A stretch of 26,956 nt of DNA from a virus. Lineage: Duplodnaviria > Caudoviricetes. The DNA lies in IMG/VR virus record IMGVR_UViG_3300011441_000032, positions 1 to 26,956 of that record; one strand, written 5' to 3'. Shown one piece after another: positions 1-9,038 of this stretch. Position numbers and translations under genes: made by a program. Each line of letters opens with the position of its first letter. Positions within the stretch are counted from its first letter, which is position 1. The notes beneath the pieces are model-generated. The model worked only from the letters and a program-made list of their open reading frames with translations, had not been told where the DNA came from and did not search any database.

Positions 1-255
1 ACCGGGATTGGAATTCAAAACGATCCGAAACTTTTTTGGGCGATAAGGAAACCCAGAATCATATTTTACATAAGTCAACCCATCCAATTGTTCTTTATCA
101 AAAATTGGTTTGGATTCAACCCAGATAATAGTCTTATTATGAATTCTTGTGGAAACCAATAGACTATACATAAATTTTGTGGCGAACTTCAATTCATCTC
201 TAGATATCTTTGGATTGTAATATCTTGTGTAAACTTTGATTTCTTTATTTGCCAT
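1..255 (-). CDS. hypothetical protein, 3' end runs off the window (possibly a zincin-like peptidase)
   Basis: ATG at 255 overlaps the exonuclease stop; frame stays open to position 1 (MANKEIKVYTRYYNPKISRDELKFATKFMYSLL...RPKKFRIVLNSNPG). No HExxH visible, so function is a guess. Confidence 0.6.
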   Translation of the reverse strand, partial: MANKEIKVYTRYYNPKISRDELKFATKFMYSLLVSTRIHNKTIIWVESKPIFDKEQLDGLTYVKYDSGFPYRPKKFRIVLNSNPG

Positions 256-898
256 CCTTGAATATCTTTGTGACTAGAGGAATAAATTCTTCAATATTTC
301 TCACAAAAACTTGGGGATGCTCATTACTAACAACCATGATAATAACGATTTGTCTGGTGGGAATATAAATCAATCCAGCCATCAAGGCATACACTGTGGC
401 CTGAAGAAAGTACCCAAGAATATCTTTTTCTTCTTTTGGTTTTTTAGCTGTCTTGAAATCTACGATTGTTGGTTTATGATCCCATAAACAATACAGATCA
501 GCGCGACCGGCTGTTTTGTACTCATATGAATAAAGAGGGATTTCAATACCATGCACTTCTGTAACGTTTTTATCAAGAATATCACGAATCTTGATAAAGT
601 CAGATAGATTAATAGGCATTACGCCTTTAGCATAATCAGGATCATTTAGTAGGTATTTTTCAGCAAGATTATGAATTGCGTTGCCTCGCGCCAAAGCTTG
701 CGTCTGAATTTGATTGGCTTTTTGTTCTCCAACTCGTTTCTTCCATTTGGCAATCCATTCTTGTGGAAGCTCTTTGGTTTTAGATAATCGTGTTGTGACG
801 GAATCTACAATTGTTCCATCAGGCAGGTGATAATGCCTTCCATTTCTATCGTCAAAGCTTATTAGTTCTGTTCTGGGGAATAAGTTATGCGTGAACAT
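245..898 (-). CDS. PD-(D/E)xK exonuclease (Cas4/RecB-like, conserved in T4-like phages)
   Basis: SVTT, RGNAIH, ExxL, AGRAD, IVDFKT, YFLQxxxY motifs. Confidence 0.85.
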   Translation of the reverse strand: MFTHNLFPRTELISFDDRNGRHYHLPDGTIVDSVTTRLSKTKELPQEWIAKWKKRVGEQKANQIQTQALARGNAIHNLAEKYLLNDPDYAKGVMPINLSDFIKIRDILDKNVTEVHGIEIPLYSYEYKTAGRADLYCLWDHKPTIVDFKTAKKPKEEKDILGYFLQATVYALMAGLIYIPTRQIVIIMVVSNEHPQVFVRNIEEFIPLVTKIFKDGK

Positions 899-1587
899 TT
901 ATCATCTTCATTTGAAGCTATAATTAATTCTCTTACAAAATCCGACCGAACAATATCTGGTATTCCAAATTCAATTGCGCTGAAGGATTTCATTTTTTTG
1001 ACAACACGAATGAGCTTCTGAACACCAGAACGCTCTAGATCAGATTGTCTATAGTCACCAGAAATGATGACACGGCAGTTCCTACCCATACGTGTAAGAA
1101 CGCTGTAAATCTCGCCATAAGACATGTTTTGAACTTCTTCAAGGATAACAATAGAATCCCGAATAGTCAATCCTCTAACGAATGAGGTTGAAATAAATTC
1201 TATAATGTTTTTACTTTTCAGAATATCATAAGCATCGCCACGTTGAAACAAGTCTGTACAAATACCCCGATAAGGAGCTTCATACTCGCGAATTTTATCT
1301 TTGACACTGCCCGGCAGAAATCCTATATCTCGGCTAGGAACAGCACTCCTTACGATAATGACTTTGTTTTGAACAGAGAGGCCAGATAACACTTGATCCA
1401 AAGCAAGAAACAGGGAAACTAATGATTTCCCTGTCCCTGCGACTCCATGTAAAAATAAATGTTTGTTATCATAAAATGCGTCAAATGATAATTCTTGATT
1501 TTTAGTAAGTGGTCTTATAGTAAGAAGTTTAAGTGAAGTATTAGGCGTGGCCTTTGTTAGTAATGCTTTTTTTTCTTTTTTAGTCAA
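862..1587 (-). CDS. phoH: PhoH-family ATPase (true start possibly AUU at 1602)
   Basis: PLTKNQ, Walker A GVAGTGKS, IGFLPG, RGLT, EEVQN, TRMG, GDYRQSD, IVRS. Confidence 0.93.
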   Translation of the reverse strand: MTKKEKKALLTKATPNTSLKLLTIRPLTKNQELSFDAFYDNKHLFLHGVAGTGKSLVSLFLALDQVLSGLSVQNKVIIVRSAVPSRDIGFLPGSVKDKIREYEAPYRGICTDLFQRGDAYDILKSKNIIEFISTSFVRGLTIRDSIVILEEVQNMSYGEIYSVLTRMGRNCRVIISGDYRQSDLERSGVQKLIRVVKKMKSFSAIEFGIPDIVRSDFVRELIIASNEDDKCSRITYSPEQN

Positions 1588-1617
1588 ACGTTTTTGCCTA
1601 ATAGAAGTTACTCCTCT

Positions 1618-1851
1618 TCAGTATGTATTTATGGTATTCCTTGGGTTACGCTTTTTAATTTCTTTCAATTTATCCTTAAAAGCATCGTCTATTTTTGGCT
1701 TAGTTCCAGTCATAGAAACAATAGCTGGTGCACCATATACCAATTGCTCAACAAATGGGCATTCTTTTAGAAACTCTTCCATAGCAGTAATGGACATGAA
1801 TTCGGTCCAAACATCACCAGTTTGATGATTTAAGAATTTGTAGGTTGGCAT
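1618..1851 (-). CDS. FmdB-like zinc-ribbon-derived protein
   Basis: MPTYKF start typical of the family; start trimmed from 1875 to ATG 1851. Confidence 0.65.
   Translation of the reverse strand: MPTYKFLNHQTGDVWTEFMSITAMEEFLKECPFVEQLVYGAPAIVSMTGTKPKIDDAFKDKLKEIKKRNPRNTINTY
1626..1633 (-). promoter_or_regulatory. candidate T4-type late promoter (CATAAATA) for phoH
   Basis: NATAAATA just upstream of the phoH SD. Confidence 0.4.
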
Positions 1852-2198
1852 GAACAATTGCCTCCACACTTGCAATCTGTCTTACCACAGGGGCAATCTG
1901 CAACAATTTCTTTGACCTTGGCTATTTTACCCTGTAGCTCATCAACTCTATCTTGAAGAATTTTGATATGATCTGGTTTATCTCTTTCTTCTGGACAGGG
2001 GCATCCTCCTATTTGATCCTCCAGAGCCTTGATTTGTTTTAAAAGCTCTAGATATTCTTTTAGCTTAGCAACGTCCCAAGGTTGATATGGCTGTGGTTGA
2101 GGCCATATTGCTGGAGGCGGAAGACGCGGATCAGGCTGCGGATACCAAGGAGGATCGTGTCTCCAAGGCCAATCACCAGTAGCACAATAAACACACAC
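1830..2198 (-). CDS. hypothetical protein: Pro/Trp-rich segment, coiled coil and Cys-rich tail
   Basis: GAGGAG SD then GTG at 2198 (MCVYC...); ends CPCGKTDCKCGGNCSC. Confidence 0.7.
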   Translation of the reverse strand: MCVYCATGDWPWRHDPPWYPQPDPRLPPPAIWPQPQPYQPWDVAKLKEYLELLKQIKALEDQIGGCPCPEERDKPDHIKILQDRVDELQGKIAKVKEIVADCPCGKTDCKCGGNCSCQPTNS

Positions 2199-2199
2199 G

Positions 2200-2382
2200 T
2201 TAGTAATTCTCCTCGTAATATTCTTCTCTGTCGCTATCACTTTCTCTATATTCTAGATTTTTTCTGCGATTTGCGGCTTTTATTTTTGCATATTTGCGAC
2301 GATTCTGAAATCTTCTTTTCTTGTTATAATATTCGTCATAACCGTTTTCGTCATAGCTATAACGATTTCTACTTTTAGACAT
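2200..2382 (-). CDS. small charged hypothetical protein
   Basis: 60-aa ORF tiling between neighbours. Confidence 0.65.
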   Translation of the reverse strand: MSKSRNRYSYDENGYDEYYNKKRRFQNRRKYAKIKAANRRKNLEYRESDSDREEYYEENY

Positions 2383-2385
2383 GAG

Positions 2386-2823
2386 TTAGTTCGTATTTTC
2401 CTTTTCTGTTTGGGTTGTTATTAATCCTGGAAACGCTTCATTGATTAGGTCTACAGTGATTGTTTTGTATGGTAGTTCTTTTTTTCGTAGCTCCAGCATC
2501 AATAAAGCATCAGCCGGCGCCAGAGCCTCTAGAAAGAGCCTCCATAGCTTCTCACGACGATCTTGTTTGAGTGTTGGGTGTCCACCTTCAACGAATAGAT
2601 ACAGTTCCCGCGCTTTCGTATAAAGAACGCTATCACAATCCGTAAATTCATTGAAGCTGTAAGTAACCTTCTCTGGTAATAGAAACTTGATAGTTGGATC
2701 AAGAAAGTGACGAATAACCTCTAGGAAAGGTTTATTGGATTGTTGTCTCAGAAACGCAATCTTTTCTTTTTTAGATGGTAGATTATCAGCTTTTTGTAGG
2801 ATTTCACTTATACTCAATTTCAA
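2386..2823 (-). CDS. conserved T4-like phage hypothetical protein
   Basis: ISEIL, ELYLFVEGG, RREKL, PYKTIT, EAFPGL pattern recalled from T4-like phages; ATGA overlap. Confidence 0.75.
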   Translation of the reverse strand: MKLSISEILQKADNLPSKKEKIAFLRQQSNKPFLEVIRHFLDPTIKFLLPEKVTYSFNEFTDCDSVLYTKARELYLFVEGGHPTLKQDRREKLWRLFLEALAPADALLMLELRKKELPYKTITVDLINEAFPGLITTQTEKENTN

Positions 2824-3059
2824 TGCTTGGTTCCTTTGCCTATAATATCTCTAAGTTTTACACTCTTCCATTCTGGAGGTAAATCATGTGTTGGGGGGCA
2901 TGGTTCTGTGCATGACCAAGAACGAGATGGACCACAACCTCTACAAGGTGTATTATAAATTCTTCCCCAATGATTTGTAGAAAACTCGGCTTCATGTCCG
3001 CAAGTATCACACTTGTAGGGCTTGATTGACACTTTGCCAGTCGTTGGTTTGTCTGTCAT
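2820..3059 (-). CDS. small zinc-finger protein
   Basis: CDTC...CRGC; ATGA-coupled. Confidence 0.65.
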   Translation of the reverse strand: MTDKPTTGKVSIKPYKCDTCGHEAEFSTNHWGRIYNTPCRGCGPSRSWSCTEPCPPTHDLPPEWKSVKLRDIIGKGTKH

Positions 3060-3781
3060 TTGAAGACTCTCAGAAGCAAGGTGTTGGAACCGATGCGGCC
3101 TGTAAGATGACGAGGAGTGTATGGATGATTTTTGACATACTCTATAACGTATTGAAAATTACCTGTCATCATACGCGAGATTAGCGCACTATCCAGTATC
3201 TTTATTAGAGATTTTCCTTCATCAAAGTTTATAAGTGTCGTCCTATTAAATGACAGTGCTTCATTTGGCTTGGCCAAGAATAAAGCTACTGTCTGGTATT
3301 TAGTATTGTAGCAAAGTAATCCTATCGCCCCAATGATTTCAGATGGATCAATAGAACGTATTTTAAGTGTAGTATCTTCTTTTTGCCATTGAACTAATTG
3401 TGTCAAATCTTTGGCCGACTTTATTTTTTTCTTTCTTTTCTCTGGCTTTGCTTCCATATAATCTCTGATTTCTCCACAAAAATCAAAGACGAATTGGCTG
3501 TAATCTTTTAGTTGTTGTTTTGTTCTCTTTCCATAAGCTTCTGTTAACTCAGCATCCTTTTCAGGTTCATAAGTCACATCATATACTTCCTTCAAAAGAG
3601 GAAGATAGCGCTGCAAGATAGCATGAGCTTGACGCCGGCCCACTCCTGCTTCCGCAAATATGACAGTTAGTGGTTTGTTAAAACTAATAGCACTATAATC
3701 AAAGTTAGCATTATAGAAAACATCAAGTCTGGTTTCAATTTCAACCAATATATCAGAGATGGCTTGTGGGCTGGCTGACAT
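3056..3781 (-). CDS. conserved T4-like phage hypothetical protein
   Basis: 241-aa ORF; C-terminal SIDPSEIIGA..YNTKY..GRI..NTLLLR pattern. Confidence 0.75.
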   Translation of the reverse strand: MSASPQAISDILVEIETRLDVFYNANFDYSAISFNKPLTVIFAEAGVGRRQAHAILQRYLPLLKEVYDVTYEPEKDAELTEAYGKRTKQQLKDYSQFVFDFCGEIRDYMEAKPEKRKKKIKSAKDLTQLVQWQKEDTTLKIRSIDPSEIIGAIGLLCYNTKYQTVALFLAKPNEALSFNRTTLINFDEGKSLIKILDSALISRMMTGNFQYVIEYVKNHPYTPRHLTGRIGSNTLLLRVFK

Positions 3782-3853
3782 CGGTGCTCTCCGCTCAACA
3801 ACTCAACCATTTTTGCATAAATTTGGTGCATTGTCAAGTGCGCATTTCTAATC

Positions 3854-4837
3854 CTAAGTTTTGTAGACAAACATTGGAGCCTTCTTTAGCTCCGTTGATT
3901 CATGAGAAAAACTGTTCAAAAAATTCTCCCATTGAATCTTGCGTAAATCCCAAGAATAGAATAGATCAGCATAACTCTTTTGTCCTTTGAGTTTAACATC
4001 GTCTTTGTAGTTATCAGAAAGAACGTAATCAATAACGTCTTTCAGAACACCAAAGAAAGTTCTGGCATGGGCATTGGCATCTTCATGAAACTGATACATG
4101 TGAGTCCAATTGGCAGCGGTTTCTGGTAGTGCCGCATAGTTTGGATGGACACAAAGAAGTCCAGCGCTCATTGCTTCCATAAGACAAATGCAACTCGTTT
4201 CCGGCCAGACAGATGGATAGGCAAAAATATGGGCCTTTCTCAACGCCTCATGTACATCTTTATTAGAAACTGCTCCATGATAAGTCATATTAGGATGATT
4301 ACGAATTTTATTGAAAAGTTCCTCAAATGGCTTGTTTCTTTCTTCCCATCCATAAACTGCGAAAGATGAATAAACATCAAGGTGAATTTTCTCTTTGTAT
4401 TCTTCGGCAAGTTTTTCTATGACAGGAACAAGAATGTTTAGGCCACGATGCGGTGTTGTATGATAAATGATCCTGACAACATCGTTCGGCTTCTCAGCGG
4501 CAGCAATAGGGTCAATAGCATTCTGAAGCACAGCTGTTTTGTGCCAAGGAAGATTCATATGATTAATATAAGCTTGTTGTTGCCAGTGTGAAACAAAAAC
4601 AATACGATGCCATTTATCCCATCCACCATTTTCTAGATGTTGGGATTCTGGGTCACCTGGAAGATCATGGGCATAGAATACACGATGCTTCGTTTCATCT
4701 AGAGGATTCTTTACCCGAGATGGAACAATCTGATACTTATCAAGAAGCTCTTTATCTAGATACTTCTCCAAATAACGACACATAAGTTCTGTGCCGCCAT
4801 TAGCCTTTTCTGAAATCTCGTTCCAATCGATTCCCAT
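3854..4837 (-). CDS. GT-B (GT4-like) glycosyltransferase
   Basis: GGTE, FVSHWQ, HTTPHRGL, AYPSVWPETSCICLMEAMSAG (EX7E). Confidence 0.9.
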   Translation of the reverse strand: MGIDWNEISEKANGGTELMCRYLEKYLDKELLDKYQIVPSRVKNPLDETKHRVFYAHDLPGDPESQHLENGGWDKWHRIVFVSHWQQQAYINHMNLPWHKTAVLQNAIDPIAAAEKPNDVVRIIYHTTPHRGLNILVPVIEKLAEEYKEKIHLDVYSSFAVYGWEERNKPFEELFNKIRNHPNMTYHGAVSNKDVHEALRKAHIFAYPSVWPETSCICLMEAMSAGLLCVHPNYAALPETAANWTHMYQFHEDANAHARTFFGVLKDVIDYVLSDNYKDDVKLKGQKSYADLFYSWDLRKIQWENFLNSFSHESTELKKAPMFVYKT

Positions 4838-4838
4838 A

Positions 4839-5114
4839 TTAGTCTAAATTCCATTTCGTTTTGAGTTCAATAATTGTTTTCATATCTCTCCTTTTTTCCT
4901 GTTCTTTTACCCATTCTTCATGAGCAATACGTCGCAGGTCGTTTGCTTTATGATTGTCCCACCATTCCTTTGCTTCTTTACTTAAATAAACTCTACCTTC
5001 GTTTTCATAAAATGTTAGAACTTCACAAAGTATACGAGTAACCATGTCAAGTTCGGTTTTCATTTCTCTTGTATAACGATCTTCATCCTCATATCCATCA
5101 CTACTACATGGCAT
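4839..5114 (-). CDS. hypothetical protein
   Basis: MPC...TRILC...WWDNHK..D..R phage-type small protein; tiles operon. Confidence 0.7.
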   Translation of the reverse strand: MPCSSDGYEDEDRYTREMKTELDMVTRILCEVLTFYENEGRVYLSKEAKEWWDNHKANDLRRIAHEEWVKEQEKRRDMKTIIELKTKWNLD

Positions 5115-5118
5115 TTTT

Positions 5119-5709
5119 TTATTCTTCTTCCTCTTCTTTTTGCGCTTGGATGTGAATCTCTCTCATAAAAATTTCACCAGACACACGTTCAATTGCTGCC
5201 TGAGAATTAGTGATTTCAAATTCTGTTTTTGTTTCTCCTAAGTATTTCAACACAGCATGATCAACTAATTGTGCCTCTTCTTTTGTCTGCATTCTACCAA
5301 TCTGATGATATGGTTTTGTGCGTGTGATATAAAAATTGATGTTGTCAAATTGATGGAATGCAGCTAAAAAATATTCTCTTGTTTGTTTTGCGAAAGTATT
5401 AGTTAGAAACTTAGGCTTCTGTTGTCGTTCAAACCAAAACTCAAAATACACTGCTGACAAAAGAATTGGGCTGTCTGTAATAATATAATCCACTTTATTC
5501 ATCAAGCGCCATTGACGGCGAAACTGCTCAGAAAAGACATGTATCTGGTTATTTAGAAGTTCCGTTGTGCCTTCCCAAACAAGGTCTTTAGCATATTCGG
5601 AAACATATTCACATGAAACATCTGCTTGCTTAAGTCTAGAGAAAACACCAGTTGCGGTTGTGGATTTGCCGGCGCCTGGTCCTCCAAATAAGTTAATAAC
5701 AATTGTCAT
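5119..5709 (-). CDS. P-loop nucleotide kinase (NadR/Ttd14-type)
   Basis: INLFGGPGAGKST, EYAKDLVWE, ITDSP, GRMQ. Confidence 0.8.
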   Translation of the reverse strand: MTIVINLFGGPGAGKSTTATGVFSRLKQADVSCEYVSEYAKDLVWEGTTELLNNQIHVFSEQFRRQWRLMNKVDYIITDSPILLSAVYFEFWFERQQKPKFLTNTFAKQTREYFLAAFHQFDNINFYITRTKPYHQIGRMQTKEEAQLVDHAVLKYLGETKTEFEITNSQAAIERVSGEIFMREIHIQAQKEEEEE

Positions 5710-6130
5710 TTTTTCTACTTTTTGCTCTGGATTCTATCATCGCTCCTATTTGATCTAGTATCATTTGTTCAGATTTTCTGATATTCGTTTCAAACCAATC
5801 AAGATGTTTTGGGTTCTTTTCCATCCACCATCTAGAATATAAAGAAATATAATCATTAGAAATTTTGAATTGAGTTGCACTATCTCTAATTACAACATCA
5901 GTTTCCCATCGCACCCGATTCATAATAAACCACGGTGAATATTCATTATAACCCAAAGATATTACATCGTGACAAAATCTATCAAACAGTGAAAAAACTA
6001 TCGGATTATCTTTATGATATTTAATAAAGTTGCGTTCAACCTTATCTCTTGGTTCTCTTAATCCTTCCATTAATTCTGTTATCTGCCATACTTTTCTAGG
6101 TAGCTCATTTCTAGATATCACTTGCATCAT
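5693..6130 (-). CDS. conserved phage hypothetical protein
   Basis: YHKDNP..F..F, RVRWET, FKISND..YSR pattern; start at TAATG overlap. Confidence 0.7.
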   Translation of the reverse strand: MMQVISRNELPRKVWQITELMEGLREPRDKVERNFIKYHKDNPIVFSLFDRFCHDVISLGYNEYSPWFIMNRVRWETDVVIRDSATQFKISNDYISLYSRWWMEKNPKHLDWFETNIRKSEQMILDQIGAMIESRAKSRKNDNCY

Positions 6131-6405
6131 TAATAATCCCATTCTTCAGTTCTAACAGATGCCCCTTGCGAGTATGCCCAAGGCACCAACTTTTGAAAAA
6201 AACAATCATAACATATATCTAAGATTGTTTTATCCCCCCAACCACTTTCAGGATAATTAGTTCCTTTCTCACAAACAACTTCAACTTCATATCGTTCATA
6301 GGATTTAGGATGTTCGTTTATCTTTTTCTTACAAAACTCACAAAGATAATAATCAATAACTATTGCTTTTCTTTCTGGTATAGTAATTTCTTTTTCAACC
6401 TTCAT
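6130..6405 (-). CDS. small zinc-finger protein
   Basis: CEFC...DICYDC. Confidence 0.7.
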   Translation of the reverse strand: MKVEKEITIPERKAIVIDYYLCEFCKKKINEHPKSYERYEVEVVCEKGTNYPESGWGDKTILDICYDCFFQKLVPWAYSQGASVRTEEWDY

Positions 6406-6842
6406 TATTCTTTTCCATAATAACAGTAATCTACTTTCGCCTCACGAAAAAGTTGATTACCCAATTCAAAAGACTCTCTCCATCTGTCTGGATAAAAGTT
6501 GGGTGCCACCACTCTTTCTATACCAGCTTGAATAATACACAATGCGCATTGGCTACAGCATGGCATGGGATGCACATAAAGCGTGCATCCTTCTAATGAA
6601 ACCGTAGCATTTAGAATGGCATTTAGCTCAGCATGAATCGTTCGTTCTAGTTTCCTTGGCCGATCATGCAATAAAGCAGGATGATCTGTAATCTTAGAAG
6701 GGAAACCATTATAGCCGATAGAGACAATCCTATTTCTTTTATCAACTATAATGGCTCCACATTTTGTACTAGGGTCTTTGGAAAACTTGGTAGCAAAAAC
6801 TTCTGCTACAGCTAACCACTTACGATCCTTTTCTGATTTCAT
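6405..6842 (-). CDS. cd: dCMP deaminase
   Basis: SKDPSTKCGA, GYNGFP, HAELNA, PCCSQC. Confidence 0.93.
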   Translation of the reverse strand: MKSEKDRKWLAVAEVFATKFSKDPSTKCGAIIVDKRNRIVSIGYNGFPSKITDHPALLHDRPRKLERTIHAELNAILNATVSLEGCTLYVHPMPCCSQCALCIIQAGIERVVAPNFYPDRWRESFELGNQLFREAKVDYCYYGKE

Positions 6843-7164
6843 TCCTGAACGCTTTACTCGTCTTCTTCAAAAATGAAATTGCTTGTTTGGCATTTTTACA
6901 AACGGTATCATTCCACATCACTATTGACCCGGTATCAAGTAGTTTTTGCATCTTAGTTGTGATATCAAGAGTCAGCATTGTATCATGTTTAGCGAAATGA
7001 GCAATACCGCCAGCGATACAGCATCCAAGCATCTGCCCTTTTGCATTTTCTTTCCGCCCTGTATGACGAACCCAACGTTTCGGGTTTTCCTCATAGTAGG
7101 CAATAAGCTTATCCACAATACCAAGTTGTTTTTGCATTTCTTTATGCATTACAGTCACAGTCAT
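6820..7164 (-). CDS. hypothetical protein
   Basis: ATG at 7164 overlaps thyX stop (ATGA); W..H..CIAGGI..WND motif. Confidence 0.7.
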   Translation of the reverse strand: MTVTVMHKEMQKQLGIVDKLIAYYEENPKRWVRHTGRKENAKGQMLGCCIAGGIAHFAKHDTMLTLDITTKMQKLLDTGSIVMWNDTVCKNAKQAISFLKKTSKAFRNEIRKGS

Positions 7165-7844
7165 TGATAATCTCCGATGTTCACAGTTTCCAGAAAAGGA
7201 TATGCTCTCTTGAGAATATCCCAACAAGACTTCGCGACTTCAACGTGTTCTTTCTGTGTTTCTCCTTCTCTCATTCTCACTGTACAAAAGAAAATCCAAT
7301 CACGTAACAAACCACCCATGAACATGGTTGATGGTGTAAGCCCTTCCGGCAGCACCACACGGGCTTGTTCCTTAGCGATTTTGTTATCTAGAGCCCACTG
7401 ATATGCTCGCTTTGCTGCCCGCACCACTTCCCATTGATACACTTCCCATTCTTGTTTCAGAAACACATCATCAGTTTCAACAGACATTTGCCGATTCTTC
7501 ACATCTTGCAAACGGGCTTCACGAATAACAAAATCATCTGTATTCACGGCAGCATAACGTTGACTAAATTCCTGAAAACTGAAACTCCTATGTCTTAGAA
7601 TCTGCCGGCCGATATCTCTTGTGCATTGGATTTTCATAATGAGATGCCCCATCTGGAAAATAGACCAATGCTTTTTCCTCATACAGAAAGTCAAGAGCTT
7701 TGCGGAAGTATCAAAATTTTCTTGGTTAGCTGGATTAGAAACACGAGCGCAATAAGAGATAATATCCTCTGCGTTCTCGGCTCCGGTTTCAGCTTTAAAA
7801 TCTTCAGTTGGTTGTGTTAGTGCTATTAATTTTGCTTGGAACAT
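7161..7844 (-). CDS. thyX: flavin-dependent thymidylate synthase
   Basis: ARVSNP, HWSIF, RHRSFSFQEFSQRY signature, KEQARVVLP, TQKEH. Confidence 0.96.
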   Translation of the reverse strand: MFQAKLIALTQPTEDFKAETGAENAEDIISYCARVSNPANQENFDTSAKLLTFCMRKKHWSIFQMGHLIMKIQCTRDIGRQILRHRSFSFQEFSQRYAAVNTDDFVIREARLQDVKNRQMSVETDDVFLKQEWEVYQWEVVRAAKRAYQWALDNKIAKEQARVVLPEGLTPSTMFMGGLLRDWIFFCTVRMREGETQKEHVEVAKSCWDILKRAYPFLETVNIGDYQ

Positions 7845-8272
7845 GAGAGTGTTTGAATATCTCCTCCAGTTTGGGTATCATACTTCATTGCAATTCTCAC
7901 AGCCTCTACAGCCGATGCTCCAGCTTCCATGGCTGGCATAGCAGCAAATCGGCCGGAACCAATTGCAAAAAATATATCTTTAACTTTGACTGGATACATA
8001 TGATTGTGATAATACCATATATTATTTTCCGAATCAACAACAAGTGCTTGCATATCATCAAAATTAAATCGGTTTGGGGGATGTTTTGGTCTAAATGGTT
8101 TAAAATGTTTTAACCATTTAATAAACTTTGTCCCCTCATCAAGTTTTCCAGCCGTTCCGACAATAACATCATTTACTTGATGTATTTTTTGAAACGATCC
8201 TCCATAATATGTGCCCTGACAACCTTGAGAATCCGAGGCTAATACTTTGTCACGATAACAAACAGTCGTCAT
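7826..8272 (-). CDS. Ntn-hydrolase, HslV/proteasome-beta-like threonine protease
   Basis: GGAG SD then MTT (Thr1 after Met removal), ASDSQ, QKI, GTAG, AIGSG, D..TGG. Confidence 0.8.
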   Translation of the reverse strand: MTTVCYRDKVLASDSQGCQGTYYGGSFQKIHQVNDVIVGTAGKLDEGTKFIKWLKHFKPFRPKHPPNRFNFDDMQALVVDSENNIWYYHNHMYPVKVKDIFFAIGSGRFAAMPAMEAGASAVEAVRIAMKYDTQTGGDIQTLSCSKQN

Positions 8273-8338
8273 TATCCACTCCAATAAAAAAAAGAAGGTT
8301 CCACAGCGTTTCTGCTAGTCACCTACAACCAAGCCTTT

Positions 8339-8611
8339 TTATAGAGGCTCAGCAGACTTGAATGCGTCCACTCGGAAAGAGCGCCAACCGTTTTTGATCG
8401 TGTCTAAGGCTACGATCACTTCTTTATTGGCACCACCATACTTGCCATCAAAATCAGACGGCAATCTGTCTTTCTCTAATGTCATCCACATCTTATCCAC
8501 CTTGCGTGTAGATTGCTTCTTATAGGTGATAAGATGCTCACCCTTCTTCAGCAGCTTGATAATTTCAGAGCGCGGAAGAGGGCCTTTAATGGTAGTCTTC
8601 TTTGCAGTCAT
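8339..8611 (-). CDS. Sm/SH3-like (WYL_2-type) small protein
   Basis: ITYKK...M..TL...D..KNGWRSFR motif. Confidence 0.7.
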   Translation of the reverse strand: MTAKKTTIKGPLPRSEIIKLLKKGEHLITYKKQSTRKVDKMWMTLEKDRLPSDFDGKYGGANKEVIVALDTIKNGWRSFRVDAFKSAEPL

Positions 8612-8901
8612 GCTACGTTCTCCAGTTCAACAGTTGATAGTTCCTTGATTCGATTCCAGGTATAGTGTGAAAAGCTACTTATTAGTAATACGTCGTATTC
8701 TGTAAAGTGTTGATTATCCAATTCAATTGCGGCATTCTCAGCCAAATCCTGAGAGGTATAGACTTCGGCATTTTCAAATGCATTAAACAAATATCTCATG
8801 TCTTTGAAAATGTTCCCGATTGCGTGAATGATCTGCACTCGGTATTCATAGGCAGGCGTGTCCTTTGGGCTTTCTTCCCTTAGGCTTTTGAGGATATACA
8901 C
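8608..8901 (-). CDS. hypothetical protein (true start possibly AUU at 8919)
   Basis: YIL..EYRV..AI.NI..TEY pattern; ATGA overlap with next gene. Confidence 0.7.
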   Translation of the reverse strand: MYILKSLREESPKDTPAYEYRVQIIHAIGNIFKDMRYLFNAFENAEVYTSQDLAENAAIELDNQHFTEYDVLLISSFSHYTWNRIKELSTVELENVA

Positions 8902-9009
8902 CCCATTGTCAATAGAAATGGCACTCTCTCCTGTTTTCTTGTTCTTGGTTGACTTGCCATTATCACTAGACCTATAGTGCTAGACCCATAACCTCTTCAG
9001 TACGTTACT

Positions 9010-9038
9010 ATTATGTAATAAAGCATGGCTTCAGTCAA
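9010..9038 (-). promoter_or_regulatory. sigma70-type early promoter
   Basis: TTGACT-N17-CATAAT in an intergenic gap. Confidence 0.7.

Noticed and set aside
245-898. Cas4 of a CRISPR system
   Set aside because: No Fe-S cysteine set, no array or cas1; ordinary T4-like exonuclease next to phoH
8285-8338. Intrinsic terminator before the protease gene
   Set aside because: A U8 tract is present but the stem is weak and interrupted
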